From Octopus sinensis (lineage: Eukaryota), in NCBI RefSeq assembly GCF_006345805.1, contig NC_042998.1:112406001-112470000 (forward strand): DNA of 64,000 bases, given 5' to 3'. Below, piece by piece: positions 26,286 through 40,170 of the stretch. How positions within the stretch are numbered: the stretch's first letter is position 1; the number at the start of each line of letters is the position of its first letter. The position numbers and the translations under genes were made by a program. Under the pieces are notes generated by a model. The model was not told the DNA's origin. It saw only the letters and a list, made by a program, of their open reading frames with translations, and ran no database searches.

Positions 26286-26399
26286 GTGTGTGTGTGTGGT
26301 GTGCGCCGCGTTGTGTGTGTGTGTGTGTGTGTGTGTGTGCAATTACAGCCGTTACAAGGAAGCATTTAACACTTGGTGGCAAGTAACATGTTTTCCCTA

Positions 26400-26640
26400 A
26401 TGGCTTTAGGTTGGATGCTTATGTAAGCGCAAGCAGGTATAGGCATTAACCGACTTCACTACCCTCGTCATAATGAAATGTCGTAGACTGTGGCTGATGG
26501 AGAGTGTAAGGGTTGCATCTGTATGAAGAGCCTAGCTTAAGATGAAGAGCCTAGCTTAAAGACAGACTACACAACGCAGTCTCCAAGGTTCGAATCCACG
26601 ATCGTGAACTTAAACCGTAACAAGGACACCTACCTTCACT
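26400..26640 (-). mobile_element. tRNA-SINE remnant (family C-like)
   Basis: AAGGTTCGAATCCACGATC and ACAAGGACACC pattern; heavily diverged. Confidence 0.4.
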
Positions 26641-26780
26641 CACATAACACTTTACACATGCACATACACACCACACACACACACGATCACACTAATGTAA
26701 ATATGTATACATATGTGTGTGAGTATATATATACATATGTATGTGTATATATATATATATGTGTGTGTGTATATATGTAG

Positions 26781-26811
<31 letters not shown>

Positions 26812-28331
26812 GTGTACTAATAAATGTAAAATATTTGTCTCATATGGTAGTACATAGTATGTTTATGCTGTGGTATATGATAACTATTGTTTGTAAGTAT
26901 ATGCATACGAATTTCAATGTGTGTGTTCACATGGCTCCCTGGCATATATACTTAACCTCCTTGACGTCTACTCTATACATAAAACATTTGAAATCAAGGC
27001 GGCCTCGGGTGTGTTTCTGCGCTTCGTTGGTCCACTGGCTTACAGCATAAATTGAAACGACCAAGTAATCCTTCAGTTGTTACGACAACCACAATACTAA
27101 CGAAGTATAACAATTGAAGTAAAAGTATTGAGAGCAAAGAAGTTGAATATAGGTTGAAAAATTATATTTAAACTATTTGTGAATTGAATGTCAAGCAGTG
27201 AGGATATTAAATATTTTTAGAATTCTTTTAACTTTTTTCCTTTGCTCCGACAATAAAGCACTTTTCGTGATAGTTTGAGAGAATATGAAATTTTGTTATT
27301 GATCAAAGTCTTTCCCTGCGGACGAAATCCATGGAACATGAAAAGAATCAGTCTCTTTATATTGAGTCCAATCTTTAGGGAGAAAAAGTTTTACTTTATA
27401 TCATGAGCCAACTAAATTTATCTTTCATGTTTTTTGGAAATTATACTTATTTGCATTGAAATGATGTTAGAACAGTTGTTCGTATTAATATCAAGATGAG
27501 AAATTGGCAAAGCAAGATCGGCAGTGGTGGGGAAACAATGTTTCAAAAAATTAAATCAAAAGCTAGAACAAAAACCTATGAATTCTGGTAAAAAGGAGAT
27601 TAAAGTCCCACTGAAGTTTATATTCGGAATGATCGGGTGAAGTTTCAGATTTAACAAATTAAAGATCAGTGATACAGAAGTTCCATAAGATCGGATGAGT
27701 TTTGAGTTGACAAATTTTCGCAGAATAAATTTTATCTATACATATTAAAGTTATCTCAGACTTTTTAATAGATTCTGTGCTTTCACGATTCGAAGACCCA
27801 AATGCCTTCCGCAAGAAGATCAGCACGGAGATCGACGTTTGGCTAATACGCACACGCACACACGCATACACACACACGCACAGAGACACACAGACAGACA
27901 CACACACACACACACACACACACACATTTGTATAAATGGGGAACAACCGTTCATTCAAGCATATGCTGACGAGATGACTATATTCGAGATTTTTATTTTG
28001 CTTTATACATAAAAAAAACTTTCAAATTTCATTATTAAGACTTATTTGCTTATTTCAAAACAATACCATTTCTAAATCTATTAGTCCATTAGCGTATGCA
28101 CAGTCTCCTCACCTGACTGACATTGTTTGCGAACGTAGCAGTAAAGGACTGAGAATCATTGGCATACTGTTATATTTGAAAAAAAAAAATTACTCAACGC
28201 CGGATTGAAACATCATAAAACAGTAATGTATCTTTGTGTTGATTTTTTTGGTTTGTATCATGCTGTTATTAAACCTCTCTTAGTTATTTTCATTCATTTA
28301 ATAAATTACAGTGCCGTCAACTAACGTTATA

Positions 28332-28741
28332 TACTCTTTTTTACTCGTTTATTTGTTTCAGTCATTTGACTGCGGCCATGCTGGAGCACCGCCTTTAGTC
28401 GATCAAATCGACCCTGGGACTTATTTTTTGTAAGCCCAGTACTTATTCTATCGATCTCTTTTGCCGAACCGCTAAGTTACGGGGACATAAACACAACAGC
28501 ATCGGTTGTAAAGCGATGTTTGGGGGAAACAAACACAGACACACAAACACACACACACACATATATATATACATATACGACAGGCTTCTTTCAGTTTCCG
28601 CCTACCAAATCCACTCACAAGGCTTTGGTCGGTTCGAGGCTGTAGTAGAAGACACTTGCCCAAGGTGCCACGCAGTGGGACTGAAACCGGAACCATGTGG
28701 CTGGTAAGCAAGCTACTTACCACACAGCCACTCCTGCGCCT
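28332..28741 (-). mobile_element. SINE family B, full length
   Basis: Reverse complement of 12087-12490 with intact head GGCGCAGGAGTGGCTGTGTGG. Confidence 0.9.
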
Positions 28742-29019
28742 ATGTATTATATTATAATTGTTCATTGTTGAAGAGAAAGCGTTACACTTCAGAGTCCAAC
28801 GCAAGTTTGTGTTTGGAAGTGAGCAACGATCGTGTTTACTGTGAAATATTACATACATTCTCTGAAATATTATTGCAATTTTTTATTCACGAGGGATTTT
28901 TTTCACTTTTGGTGTTATTGCAATATATTCTAAAGATGAATTACTGATTGGCTCTGAAATATGTGCTATGCTCAACTTTTATGAATTCATAGTATTCTAT
29001 TTATCATTTTGCACTTAAA

Positions 29020-29084
<65 letters not shown>

Positions 29085-29089
29085 GTACA

Positions 29090-29245
29090 GAAGAGCAAAA
29101 GACGAAGGCAGGTGTATATAAACAACAATCAGTGTATTAGTTTGACGCTCGGGAAGGTGAGAAAGTGTTTTACGTTTCAAGCCTACACTCTTCAACAGAA
29201 AAGAACACGAGGAAATAAACAGAGATAGAATATAAAAAATCTGTC
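29090..29245 (-). mobile_element. PLE-type terminal fragment with hammerhead-like motif (29168-29202)
   Basis: Same family as 58545-58760; minus strand TTTT-CTGTTGA-A-GAGT-GTAG-GCTT-GAAA-CGTA-AAA. Confidence 0.65.
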
Positions 29246-29379
29246 AGCATACATTCAAGTATTTGGACTCAGGTGGACCAGTTTCTGGACTGGCATTGAA
29301 GTGAATTAAACCGGTTTCAGCTCATTAGCTGTGGCCATGCTGGGACACCGCCATTTGGTGTTGCTACATAACTTTTACT

Positions 29380-29755
29380 TCACTAATTCATTTTGGAACT
29401 TGCCATTTGGTGCACGAGGGAATTTGACGCCGCTACCCTCATTTGCACTTCCTGCTGTGGAGTTGGTTCATATGGGACTCTTAACAGTAAGAGATCTAGT
29501 TTCGTTTTGAAGACTCCTACAGCCACCCCATGCAGGTCTCTCAGGTCCTTCAGGCGAATATTGAAGAGCTGTAGACCTTTAAAGCCCAGACTGTTGCGAT
29601 ATCTTGTCAAAAAATTTTGGAACAAGACCCTCCAGGATCTTCCAGATGTATATTAGGGTATAGCTTTCGCGCCTACGCTCTAGGGAATAGAGTCTCAATC
29701 TCTTGAGTCTTTCCCAGTAGCTTATGTGCCACATAGAGGCTACCTTCTTCGTGTA
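29380..29755 (-). mobile_element. CR1-group LINE ORF2 3' end
   Basis: YTKKVASMWHISYWERLKRLRLYSLERRRESYTLIYIWKILEGLVP followed by NSLGFKGLQLFN...FKTKLD. Confidence 0.85.
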
Positions 29756-29783
29756 ATATGCATATTATGTATGTATGTATATA

Positions 29784-29833
<50 letters not shown>

Positions 29834-30380
29834 TATAATATATATATATGTATATGTATATGTATGTATATATATGTATATATATATGTATGTATGGATG
29901 GATGGGGATGAACACAAGCATATTTAAGGATGTAGAAAAGAAACGTATTTTACTCACTGACAAATATGGTCATACATACATGTAAAAACAGGTGCAACCA
30001 TACATATAGGCACGAACCACAGAGATATATGCGTGCGCATGTATGGGCATGTGTGTGTATACACACACACACATACACACATACATGCAAGCAGACACAT
30101 ATACATATATTCTTGTGCGTGTATTTGTATAGCCATGACTAATTCCTCACCGATTTCCCTTTTCATAGATAGGTTTCATGAATGTTTTTGGTGAACTAAT
30201 TAATAGACAACAAGACAAGATCAATATAAATAAATAAAGGATAAATACACAAGTTGCTTCAGTGTGTTGCCCGAGGAATGGCTAGTATATAATATATTAA
30301 CCACTGGTGTGTATGAATGTATGTATGAATCTATTTGAGTATGTATACATATAGGTGTGTTTGTGTATGGTATGTACGCA

Positions 30381-30418
<38 letters not shown>

Positions 30419-30621
30419 CCTGCAAAAACACACATACTCACATGCACATACCTACTCACTTCCCCTATGTTGGCATGCATGTTACATATATCTACCAACC
30501 CCACAATCTATCTACCCATCTGTCTTTACTTATCCACCTATATATACATACACATACGGACACACACATATATATTACTATATATATATATTGTGTGTAT
30601 ATGTAGGTATATACGTATGTG

Positions 30622-30669
<48 letters not shown>

Positions 30670-31509
30670 TTTTATATACATACATATATACATATATATA
30701 TACATGTATATGTATGTATATGTATATACACAGATACGTGTTTCTTTGCATTTTTATATGTATGTATACCCACCTCTCTCCGTACATAGTATGATAGAGA
30801 GACACAGTCATACGGAAAGAAAGACAGACATACTGACAAGTATGTATTACCAGTAAAGTGAAAGGGGAGAAACTGAGCAGTAAAAAGAAAAGATACAGAG
30901 AGAAAGAGAGGGGAATTATAAAATAGTGAGATACGCCAGGTAAGTTTTTGTCTTGGCTAAGTAAGAAAAAAAAAAAAAGAGGTAAGTCTGTCGACAGGTA
31001 GAGAAAGCCAGCAGGCAAAGTAAGCAGATACGTATGTATGAAAGTAGGTGGGAAGGTAGATCCGTAGGTATGAAGGTAGATAAATAAATTAAAAGGTACG
31101 TGGGTAGGTAGATAATTAAGGTATGGAGGAAAGGAAATGTAAGGGCGGTGAGGTCAAGCTGGCGGCAGGTGGAAGACACACAAACACTCTTGTCGCTTCA
31201 GTGCTTGTTAAAGTTTTTGACGATAACATACTGCATGAGAATGTTCAGTGAACAACTCTCCCACGGATTCATGATGTGGCGGTCCGTATTGAAGAGATTT
31301 AAAGAAAATAAGTGTGCAACAACAACAACAATTACAACGACGACGACCTCCACCCACACCACCACCACCACCTCGATGACAACAATGTGGAGGATAACAA
31401 CAACAATAGCAACAACGAAGACAACCCAAACGGTAACAACAATAACAAGTAGAAAATGTTAATGATAATGATAGGAATAACAAATTCAAAAGATTTAATA
31501 TTTAATAAA

Positions 31510-31560
31510 TATAACATACATTATATACATATATACTCAGACAGGCACACACATACATAG

Positions 31561-31599
<39 letters not shown>

Positions 31600-31810
31600 A
31601 ACATAAATATAAATAATATATATATATTATAACCATAAATATAAATATATTATTTATATGTTATTTGTTATATATATATATATATATTTATATTTATGTT
31701 ATATATATATATATAACATAAATATAAATATATATATAAACATAAATAAAATATAAATATATATAATATTATTATATATTATTATATATATATATATAAT
31801 TAAAACATAA

Positions 31811-31842
<32 letters not shown>

Positions 31843-31870
31843 TTATTTTATATATATTTATATTTATATG
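31510..31870. repeat. AT-rich minisatellite with unit AACATAAATATAAAT in both orientations
   Basis: ACATAAATATAAATA at about 31581, 31634, 31716 and 31805, and reverse-complement TATTTATATTTATGTT at about 31685, embedded in (TA)n. Confidence 0.8.
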
Positions 31871-32167
31871 TGTGGGTGTGTGTGTGTGTGTGTGTGCGTG
31901 TGCGCGCGCGCATGTATATATATATATGAGTTTTTTGAAATTAAGTTTTGAACACCTGGTAACCTGGCAACATTTGCTGAAAAGGAACTCAATACAGGAA
32001 GGAGGTTAAAATTTTAATAAAAAAGAAAAACAAGGTGACTTTGAGTTTGAAATTTTATAAGCAATGATTGAGTAGAGAATTCTGCAAGCTGTTTACAGTT
32101 GACCGTATTTTTGATATATACATATGCATATATATATGCGTGTATATATATATATATATATATATAT

Positions 32168-32395
32168 ATTTCTTTACTACCCACAAGGGGCTAAAGATAG
32201 AGGGGACAAACAAGGACAGACAAACGGATTAAGTCGATTACATCGACCCCAGTGCGTAACTGGTACTTATTTAATCGACCCCGAAAGGATGAAAGGCAAA
32301 GTCGACCTCGCCGGAATTTGAACTCAGAACGTAGCGGCAGACGAAATACCGCTTAGCATTTCGCCCGGTGTGCTAACGTTCTGCCAGTTCGCCGT
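32168..32395 (-). mobile_element. SINE family A, near full length
   Basis: Highly similar to 789-1017, inserted in a (TA)n tract. Confidence 0.88.
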
Positions 32396-32504
32396 CTATG
32401 AATATATGAATATGCGTGTGTGTAATATATATAATATATATATATATATTATATATATATCTATATAATATATATAGAATATAATATATATTAATATATA
32501 TATA

Positions 32505-32627
<123 letters not shown>

Positions 32628-32630
32628 CTA

Positions 32631-32669
<39 letters not shown>

Positions 32670-32673
<4 letters not shown>

Positions 32674-32885
32674 TATCCAAACAAGAAAACAAAAAAAAAC
32701 ACAACAACGCGAGGACGTGGAACAAATAAAGTTTTATTGGACGCTCAGGAAAGAAGGGAAGAAGGAGGGTTTAACGTTTCGAGCGGAGCTCTTCGTCGGA
32801 AACATAGGAGAAGGAAAGATCCTGAGAAGGGAAGACAGAGGAAAAAAATCGCCAGCGGTACTCACGAGGTCACATATTGAAAGAC
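32670..32885 (-). mobile_element. PLE-type terminal fragment with hammerhead-like motif (32769-32803)
   Basis: Minus strand GTTT-CCGACGA-A-GAGC-TCC-GCTC-GAAA-CGTT-AAAC; its AAACAAGAAAAC...CGCGAGGACGTGGAACAAATAAAG end recurs at 51604-51675. Confidence 0.7.
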
Positions 32886-32888
32886 CAA

Positions 32889-32943
<55 letters not shown>

Positions 32944-33996
32944 GAATCCCTTTTTGCATATATATATGTATGCATTATTTTAATACTGTTACACCTACTT
33001 ATATCAGTACATACGTTTACTTGTGTACTTATATTTAATTATGTCTATATATTATCATTTATCTTATTATCCTGCTTCTGATTCCTTACTTTCAATCAAT
33101 AGACACTATGTATGCCTTTCCAGATAAATTTCATATGTAAGTGGTTTGAGTTCTCTTTATAGTGACCACCTAATAATCAATTAACTAAAGATGAGGTATT
33201 AAGTTGAGTCTACATGATAGTAATCTTCTTTTTAATGTTTAAATTGATCTATATATCCCTTTTAGTTAACTTGGTTATGATATCTCTTTCTAGCTTTCTT
33301 TAAAAAAATTATTTTTATTTTTATACAGCACAATAATATTGTTTATAAACGTTCTCCCACTGAGCCCCTAATGTTTTCCTGAATCTCATTGTAGCATCCT
33401 AAGTTTCATAGTGTTTTCCCCTTTATCTGGTAACAACGTCATGAATTAATGTCACCCCTACCCTATATTTACTACTATCTGATTGACTCCTAAAGTTTTG
33501 TTTCTTTTTCTTGGGGGTTGAGGGGTACCTGTGGCAATATGAAATTTAATACCAGCAACCAGCTATGAGCTGTCAACTCACCTTGCTCTTTATTCTAAAT
33601 ATAAGTAGTCTTCTAGTCTTATGTTTTTGTTGATGATAAGGAGATAGATAAATTGGAAATGAATTACAACCCTATGACCCCCCCCCTTTGTGTTCCATGC
33701 CACTCTAGAAATTTTAATTTGTTTTTTTCTTAGCTATTCTTGCTACAATAGTGAAAGCATAAAATTCTTCCGTCCTTTTCCATCCTTGCTCTCTTAAAGT
33801 ATTTAAGAAAAATTATATTAATATATCTTGTCTGTTGAAAATCCATATTTGTGCAGCTGAAGATAGCGCTGTCATTAAATTGATGTAATGATTGCATTGT
33901 TCAATTAAATGGAGCCACGTGAAACGGTCGTTCTGCATTACTACTTGACATTCTGTTACTTATTTTGATTTTATATTTATGTATCTATGTTATGTA

Positions 33997-34061
<65 letters not shown>

Positions 34062-34499
34062 GTTTACAAATATATATATATATACATATAGAGATATGTA
34101 TATATACATACATATACATACATATATGCATACATATACGTACTCATATATATATATATATATATATTATTTTCTTGGAAGAATCAGCAAAAAAGTACTC
34201 AGTCCAGCGTCAGTTAAGTGTGATTTAATGAATGTAAGAATTACAAGTGAGCTACTTCAAGTTTTATGCTCAGACAATGCAGTAATTGAACATGTTTATG
34301 TAGTGGACCGCGTGCGATCCAGCAATTGTCCAACTTCAAATGACATGGCTAATCTTTGGGGAAATGCGAGAAAATAACTAAAATCATCACGAAGAAAAAG
34401 CGAGACTAAAATGGACGTTAAGCGAAAAAAGGAATAAAGGCCATGTCCCTTAAACCTATAAGATCAAGAATATTGTTAGTGTTGAATGTTTACCTCTAA

Positions 34500-34925
34500 A
34501 ATAATTGTTTAAGGGGGCTAGTGAGATAGGAGACAGACACTATATCTGATCGTCACCAGATGCAACAAACAGTTTAACGCACTTTACACACCTTCAGACC
34601 CTACCATAAATGAAATGAAAATCTTAGATATATGCAAAAACAGTTTTGCCATCCACTGTCGTCTTTATAAACCTTCTAGCTAGCAATAGTAATAGGATCT
34701 CTAACCTCTCTTCCTTTAAAGAGATTTTCAATAAGGTATCCCATCTTCCTATAATAGCAACCTGATCTAAAGTGGCTTTACAAAATTGTTAAAATGTATT
34801 CCACCTCGAACTAGAATTATAACCAAAAGTAAACATGGGCAAGTTATCTGGTTCAGTCCCCCTTTCTCCTTGAATGTTAGAACTAATGTAAGTAAAACAA
34901 ATTCCTTGGATTTAGCTAAAATGGT
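34500..34925 (+). mobile_element. PLE fragment (region between RT and GIY-YIG endonuclease), degraded
   Basis: ..KHGQVIWFSPPFSLNVRTNVSK matches the PLE motif IWFNPPFS.NV.TN.GK. Confidence 0.7.
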
Positions 34926-35914
34926 TAGACTAATTCTATATTTTATGTTAAAAATTCTGGAGTAAATTTAATGTAATTAGTCATTGTGCGAAAGTAATCA
35001 CAAGCTGTATTTACATCTGTTTACTTTCCATAGCGTAGGCCTTAGAAATTATCTAACTATTTGCTTGTACGCACAATATCTATTAACTGTGTGTGTATAT
35101 CTTGTTTATCTATGGATCAACTCTGATTAAACAGAGCAATGACCAAAGATATTCCAACTGAATCCCGTCTGTTTTTTAAGGAATATCACATTCTAATTTA
35201 TCTACTATGTTTCCTATTTTGTACGACGGACCGGTAATAGATCTGGTTGTTGTTTCTAACCAATCAAGAACCTACGTAGAGGATTTACCGATGTAAATGA
35301 AAGAAGCCTGGCCAAATGATTAAGAGGTTCGCTTCGCAATACCAAATCCTAGATTCGATCCTGATTCGCAACATTTTGAGGGAAGTGTTTTTATTATTAC
35401 CACTGATGAAAGCCCGGGTGAAAATTGAAACTATGCGGAAGATCGTTGATAACATTGCGTGTAATTCAAAGATTCAGTCATGTCACATACTCATTTGAGA
35501 ATTACATTAAGGATACAAATGTCTGTGGAATACCCAACTAGTTACTAATTAAATGACAAGATAGTATGAGTATGCGTTATGTAAACACATATGTAAGAAT
35601 AAATAAACCGTTGCATATGTGCTTGTGTATATGTATGCCGTATCATCTTAAAGTAGATGCCATAAGTTCTGCGGCACCAGGGTCCTAAATACCTATGAAC
35701 TCATTAATTAATATAATTTCTTTGTGGTTGAGGACTCACTTCTTCAGTACAATACTTCGGACCCTTGCGCAACATAAGTTTGCACAAGTATGCTTATGCA
35801 GGTACACACACACACACACATGTACACACATACGTATTTACAGAAACATACGCACATATACATGCGTATGCATATATATATATATATCTCACATCTCTCT
35901 TTCCTTCTGCATAT

Positions 35915-35955
<41 letters not shown>

Positions 35956-36006
35956 CACAAACATACACAAACACACACACACACACACACACACACAACA
36001 CACACC

Positions 36007-36043
<37 letters not shown>

Positions 36044-36075
36044 TATATATATATTATATATATATATATATATAA

Positions 36076-36226
36076 AATTAGAGATAAAACCACTAATAGG
36101 CAAATCAAACAGTGAAAAACATAAACTAAAACATAGAAAAAAAATTCATGTTTTGGTTTATTTTTTTCTGTTTTGGTTTATGTTTTTCACTGTTTGATTT
36201 GCCTAATAGTCGTTTTATCTCTAATT
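36076..36226. repeat. Long inverted repeat, about 68-bp arms, about 16-nt loop
   Basis: AATTAGAGATAAAACCACTAATAGGCAAATCAAACAGTGAAAAACATAAACTAAAACA pairs with TGTTTTGGTTTATGTTTTTCACTGTTTGATTTGCCTAATAGTCGTTTTATCTCTAATT with about 3 mismatches. Confidence 0.95.
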
Positions 36227-36589
36227 AAATATATATATTTATACTGTAAAATTAGATTTAATCCTAAATCTAATTTTTTCCTGTAAGTTTGGATTTACTC
36301 CCTAATATTGTTGTTATTATTATAATTTATATATATATATATATATATACGCATGTATATGTACAAACACGCACACACACACACATCTTGTGTATAGGTA
36401 TGCATTTGTAGTTCTATATATGTATGTTTATGTTAAATTGATATATATGTAAGGATAAAGATGTATATGCGTGTGTGTGTTTATGCATGTGTTTGTGAGA
36501 ACAACAGTGGCATGAATGTAAGACGTTATTATTGGAGGTAATTTTGATAACATTGTAAAGAAGAAGCGGAAATAGATAAAACGAGGTAT

Positions 36590-36875
36590 GACAAAAGTAA
36601 AGTTAACTCCTGGACACGTCTGTCTCGAGGCCTATACCTCATACTGCCAGCTACCCGACCTCTATGGCGTAAAATTGACCGAGATTAAAACTTCCCCTAC
36701 CCGAACGGTACACCTTTTCGTCACAGGGTTGCTCATTTACAGATCAACGGACTGGAGTAACGTGACACAAAGGTTTTGTTCAAGAAAACAATGCATCACC
36801 CGGTTCGGAAATCGAAACCACGATTTTGTGATCGAAAGCGTAACACTCTAACCACTAGACCACGAACCTTCACGC
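36590..36875 (-). mobile_element. tRNA-SINE (family C-related), degraded
   Basis: Minus head GGTTCGTGGTCTAGTGGTTAGAGTGTTACG...GGTTTCGATTTCCG...TTGAACAAAACCTT. Confidence 0.6.
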
Positions 36876-36942
36876 AAGGAGGAGACAAGTATATTCCAAC
36901 GTATAAATATAATACAACGCAAACAATAAATGCCTGTGTATG

Positions 36943-36974
<32 letters not shown>

Positions 36975-37331
36975 TGTATGTATGCATGTATGTATTATGT
37001 ATGTATGTATGTGTGTGTCTATGAGTGTATGTGCATGTGTGTGTGTCTGTATGTGTGTGTATGAACGTGGTGATAGAGCACACGTGAAAATCGTGAGAAT
37101 GAAGAGAAGGTAATATTGTTTAAAGATCAAGCGATAAACGTTCACAACAATGAAAGTTGAGAAGAGGGATAGAGAGATAAGAGAAAGTTGAGAGTTCGAG
37201 TGTGTGTGTGTGTGTATGTGTGTGTGTGTGTAATATGTTTAAATTTGTTGTGGGTGTCTCTTTATTTCTATAGGCATGTAAATTTATATTTATATGTATA
37301 TATATTCACACATATAGTTATAAATATACGC

Positions 37332-37411
<80 letters not shown>

Positions 37412-37449
37412 TATGTATGTATACATATATATATATTGTATATATGATA

Positions 37450-37506
<57 letters not shown>

Positions 37507-37653
37507 GGTTGGATGGCCACGCGTATGTAGGCATGTGTGTGTGCGAGAGAGGGAGAGAGAGAGAGAGAGAAAGAAAGAAAGATACGTAAATGTCGAACAA
37601 TGACAATGAGTGCTCAACACCGCATTGGAGGATAAACTTTATTTGCCTATTAA

Positions 37654-37818
37654 AGCTTCCATTGGTTTCATGTTAAGGAAGTATCTTAATATCTTAAGAA
37701 TTTTTCAAGCCGATCAGATTTTATGCAAAACGGAGATGAAGACCATTCTTCCATGTCATTGGGTTGAACAACTGTTAAAATATTAAGATATTTTCTTGAT
37801 ATGAAACTAATGGTGGCC
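37654..37818. mobile_element. TTAA-flanked MITE (Kolobok- or piggyBac-type), degraded
   Basis: About 58-bp inverted arms at roughly 75% identity, TTAA on both sides (37650-37653, 37819-37822), AG.. terminus. Confidence 0.6.
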
Positions 37819-39358
37819 TTAATGCACAAATTAAGAAATTATATCCACTAATGCAGTGTCAAGCACTCGTTCTCATTGTTGGTCATTTACGTGTGTGTGT
37901 GCGTGTGTGTTTGTGTGTGTGTGTGTGTGCGTGTGTGTGTGCGTGCGTGTTTGTGTGTGTGTGTGCGTGTGTGTGTGTGTGTGTGTGTACAGAGAGAAAT
38001 AAAGAGAGAGAGAGAGTCGGTACAAACACGATCAGCCTTGCCCGCCCTTGTAAAATATAATCGTTAGGAAACCTATACATTCCCTATTCATTCAGTGTTT
38101 ATTCCTCTTTTTATGTTTTTCGTCTTTCTTTAAATTTTTGTTTTACATTCAACTGATCTTCATCTCGCTGCAAACGCTGACACATTCAGGATCCTAGCGC
38201 TTTTTCAACAGAAAGGCAAAATATTTAATAATGCAGTTTGTTCAACACTCGTGTTCATTTTCAATTATCTACATTTATCAGTGGAGCAGATTACTTTTTT
38301 AAAAAATAGCTCTTGTTGTTTGACCGTACTAATGTATGCATGTATGTATACATTCATATATGTATGCTTGTTTGTATGTATGCATGTATGAATGCAAATT
38401 CCACCCAGAGGCCAACACACACATACGCACAAACTAATCATGTATTTACATACATCCGCATATATGTATATGTGTATAGGTATGCATGTATGCATGAATG
38501 CGATTCTGTACGTGCACACACACCTTGTATTTGAGAACAAATACGTCCTTTTCGATGTATGATTGGTCCTCAACCAGACCCCACATGACCTTTGGGGATC
38601 CACATGACCCTTAGAGTCCACATAAGGTGTTACTGTTAAAATTTATGTGCAAGGGTTTGGTTTTACTTCTACCATACGTAGAATATTTGTTGTACAATTT
38701 CTAATAATATTTAATTACAAAAAATACCATTGGGTGTTTTAAAACATCAAACGGCTATGATGGTCCATGTGAGTAAAATATGAATGAAAGGAATCCTCAG
38801 GTAAAAATACGGTAGATGTAAGGCTTAAACCATGTGTTCATCACCTTGCTGTAGGCAAAGAGATTGCCCTTGAATCTCTGCAGAAAGAAATAACGTTGCT
38901 GATGGCCCCAAGAAGCATCATAGCCTACAAGAAGTTGGTGTTATGCCTAGTAGTTGGTGTTACGTCTCTGGTCTGTTCAGAGTCGCGTATGATACATACT
39001 CTTCCACTTATTATCGAGTGGAATTATTTCTAATCGAAGAAGATTATGAAGGTTACGAAAGGGTGCATGAGCTCGTTCAATTAACGTTTCAATCTCAATT
39101 GTCCAATCCTCATCCTGAAAATTATGATTTGCCTTGTCCTCATCACGCAGGGCTTATAACTGTTGTTTAATGAGCCACATAACTGACAGTCGATTCTTCC
39201 ACTGGTATTCATTGATTTTTCAAGATTGTTGCTAGTGATGTCATGGACCCACTAGACGATCTCAGCCGTTCTGACATCGTCTAACCCCTGAAAGAGTTTC
39301 TTTCTGTTAATCACGAAAGACATATCTCTCCCCCCTCTCTCTCTCTCGATATATATAT

Positions 39359-39467
<109 letters not shown>

Positions 39468-39752
39468 ATTATAGAGTAGTGGTACAACAAGACACCAATG
39501 TTTACTGGAAATAGCAGTCGATAAATTTACGATGTTATAGTAAAGCTTTATATACTGGCAAAGACGCGTGAGGGTAGCAAACATTAAAAAATTCGTCTTA
39601 CCTCCAGGAAGAACATTAGATAAATGGAGAACCCAGAATCGGATAATCTAGTACCTAGGTTTCGGACTCTTCAAATACGTTTGTCATCGTAAATTTGATT
39701 AGTTTTCTTCGGCTAGATTTACCTGGACAATATTTCAAATATATATAAATAC

Positions 39753-39893
<141 letters not shown>

Positions 39894-39904
39894 CTACTTT
39901 AAAC

Positions 39905-40170
39905 ATTTGTATGCCTTAAATCACCGGCTAGCTGATACCACTTGTCAGTGGGAATAAATAGATTTCTTATGTTCCTCTTAACATTTTCTTTGTATCTCAA
40001 TTGCGGTTTATGAAGGTTTTGATAACCATCTGCGAGTTGCAAGAAAAGAACTTTCTTCGGAAGTCTCTCATCACCAAGTATGGCAATGTGGCGTGTCCAA
40101 CGTATATTTCTCTCCTTCAGTAAATAGATGGTGCATAGATTCCAATCCAGCCTTCCTGAGCACTTCAGTT
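39905..40170 (-). mobile_element. RTE-clade LINE C-terminal fragment
   Basis: RNIRWTRHIAILGDERLPKKVLFLQLADG....PQLRYKENVKRN matches the RTE motif RW.GHV.R....RLPK..L..EL..G.R..G.P..RY.D. Confidence 0.8.

Noticed and set aside
27500-27560. Possible mariner transposase YSPDLAP remnant
   Set aside because: Similarity too short and degenerate, with no TIRs.
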